Below are positions 63,175 to 64,000 of a stretch of DNA of 64,000 nucleotides, piece by piece. The notes under the pieces were generated by a model that ran no database searches, was not told the origin of the DNA, and was given only the letters and a program-made list of their open reading frames with translations. The stretch's first letter is position 1. Each line of letters begins with the position of its first letter. This DNA is from a virus (lineage: Duplodnaviria; Caudoviricetes): IMG/VR virus record IMGVR_UViG_3300020577_007794. The stretch is one strand, 5' to 3'. A program made the position numbers and the translations under genes.

Positions 63175-63664
63175 TTTCGTATTTGTACAAGTCTAATTGT
63201 ACCCCAGCCTCTTCGAACATTAACACTGTATACTGAAAATGTTCTTCCCACCATCTTTCAGTCCTTTCATCAAGAGTAATATAAGAAACAACTCTTTTAA
63301 TACCTGCTTGAATAATCAATCCAGCACAAGTAGTACAGGGCATAAATGGATAACAGTAAAGTGTAGCTCCTTTAAGATCTTTTTGGGCAAACACAATAGC
63401 ATTAGCTTCTGCGTGTACTACAAGTTTATACTTAAGAAGTCTTTCCTCGTATCTTGACGATAGATCTTTAACACCAATAGGAAAACCATTATATCCACTA
63501 GAGATTATCTGTCTTGTTTCTGTATTTACAATTACAGCACCTACTTGTGTGGATGGGTCTTTACTCCAAAGAGAAACTTGCTTTGCATGTTCTAAAAATC
63601 TAGCATCCCACTTATCCGAAAGTGTAAGAGCTTCTACCTTAAAATCCACTTTCTGCCCTCTCAT
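63164..63664 (-). CDS. dCMP deaminase
   Basis: SKDPSTQVGAVIV, GYNGFP, HAEANA, PCTTCA. Confidence 0.92.
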   Translation of the reverse strand: MRGQKVDFKVEALTLSDKWDARFLEHAKQVSLWSKDPSTQVGAVIVNTETRQIISSGYNGFPIGVKDLSSRYEERLLKYKLVVHAEANAIVFAQKDLKGATLYCYPFMPCTTCAGLIIQAGIKRVVSYITLDERTERWWEEHFQYTVLMFEEAGVQLDLYKYENES

Positions 63665-63998
63665 TGATCCAAGTATCTATCATAGGTTTTAGGTTTTCTG
63701 AAAAGTCATTGTAAAGCTTATCATACTCCCTAAAGTTTATTATATCAAAATCACACTCAAAATTAAGGTGTTCTTTTTCTGAAGGATTGTCGTCAATTTC
63801 TGTGGGATCATCTGGCCAGATAACTTTTACAACTTTACCGCCAAGTTTTTTCAACCAGTCATACTCAGATTGGAATCTTAGATCAGGGATAACAATTAAA
63901 TTGTATCCTGGTTTAGCTGGCATATTTGAAACCCTATTTTCCCACTTCTTTATCCAGATATCTTCTCCATGGAGAGTTTTAAATGTCTGACCAAAAGA
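63639..63998 (-). CDS. deoxynucleoside monophosphate kinase (partial, runs off the window)
   Basis: GEDIWI...IPDLRFQSE...PSE; frame is open to the window edge. Confidence 0.75.
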   Translation of the reverse strand, partial: SFGQTFKTLHGEDIWIKKWENRVSNMPAKPGYNLIVIPDLRFQSEYDWLKKLGGKVVKVIWPDDPTEIDDNPSEKEHLNFECDFDIINFREYDKLYNDFSENLKPMIDTWINERAESGF

Positions 63999-64000
63999 AA

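Noticed and set aside
1-64000. Alternative genetic code, tRNA or rRNA genes, integrase
   Set aside because: Long genes are intact in code 11 and all three stop codons are used; no such RNA or integrase signature was recognised

Overview
This window is a 64-kb fragment of a large lytic myovirus-like (probably jumbo) phage genome in the standard genetic code. I saw no tRNA, rRNA or CRISPR array. There are two convergent blocks meeting at a bidirectional terminator near 42.7 kb. The plus-strand block (1-42.7 kb) holds: a baseplate J gene, RuvC, a GroEL interrupted by a class-3-type LAGLIDADG intein in its GDG/TTT ATP-binding motif, about 22 kb of Ser/Thr/Gly-rich baseplate and fibre genes forming several paralogue families, two sigma-like genes, a tandem two-domain GroES, a RemA homologue, a degenerate dTMP-kinase-like gene, five glycosyltransferases with an HNH endonuclease inserted among them, an amidase endolysin and a Ycf45/SpoIIIAA-like ATPase. 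The minus-strand block (42.7-64 kb) holds replication, recombination and nucleotide genes (MazG, nrdAB, HIRAN, SSB, RecA, PolA, a split SbcC/Rad50, SbcD/Mre11, HD hydrolase, dCMP deaminase, dNMP kinase) plus an island of two structural genes and AT-rich hypotheticals. Highlights: (1) an intein-containing GroEL paired with a Cpn20-like GroES; (2) a 9-bp motif, CTCTATTTG, at five gene boundaries, a candidate phage late promoter; (3) a glycosyltransferase cluster together with a recurrent ASG motif in virion proteins, a candidate virion glycosylation system; (4) a homing endonuclease that duplicated the 3' end of its target gene; (5) a phage-borne RemA. All family calls come from recognising motifs by eye; no database search was run.
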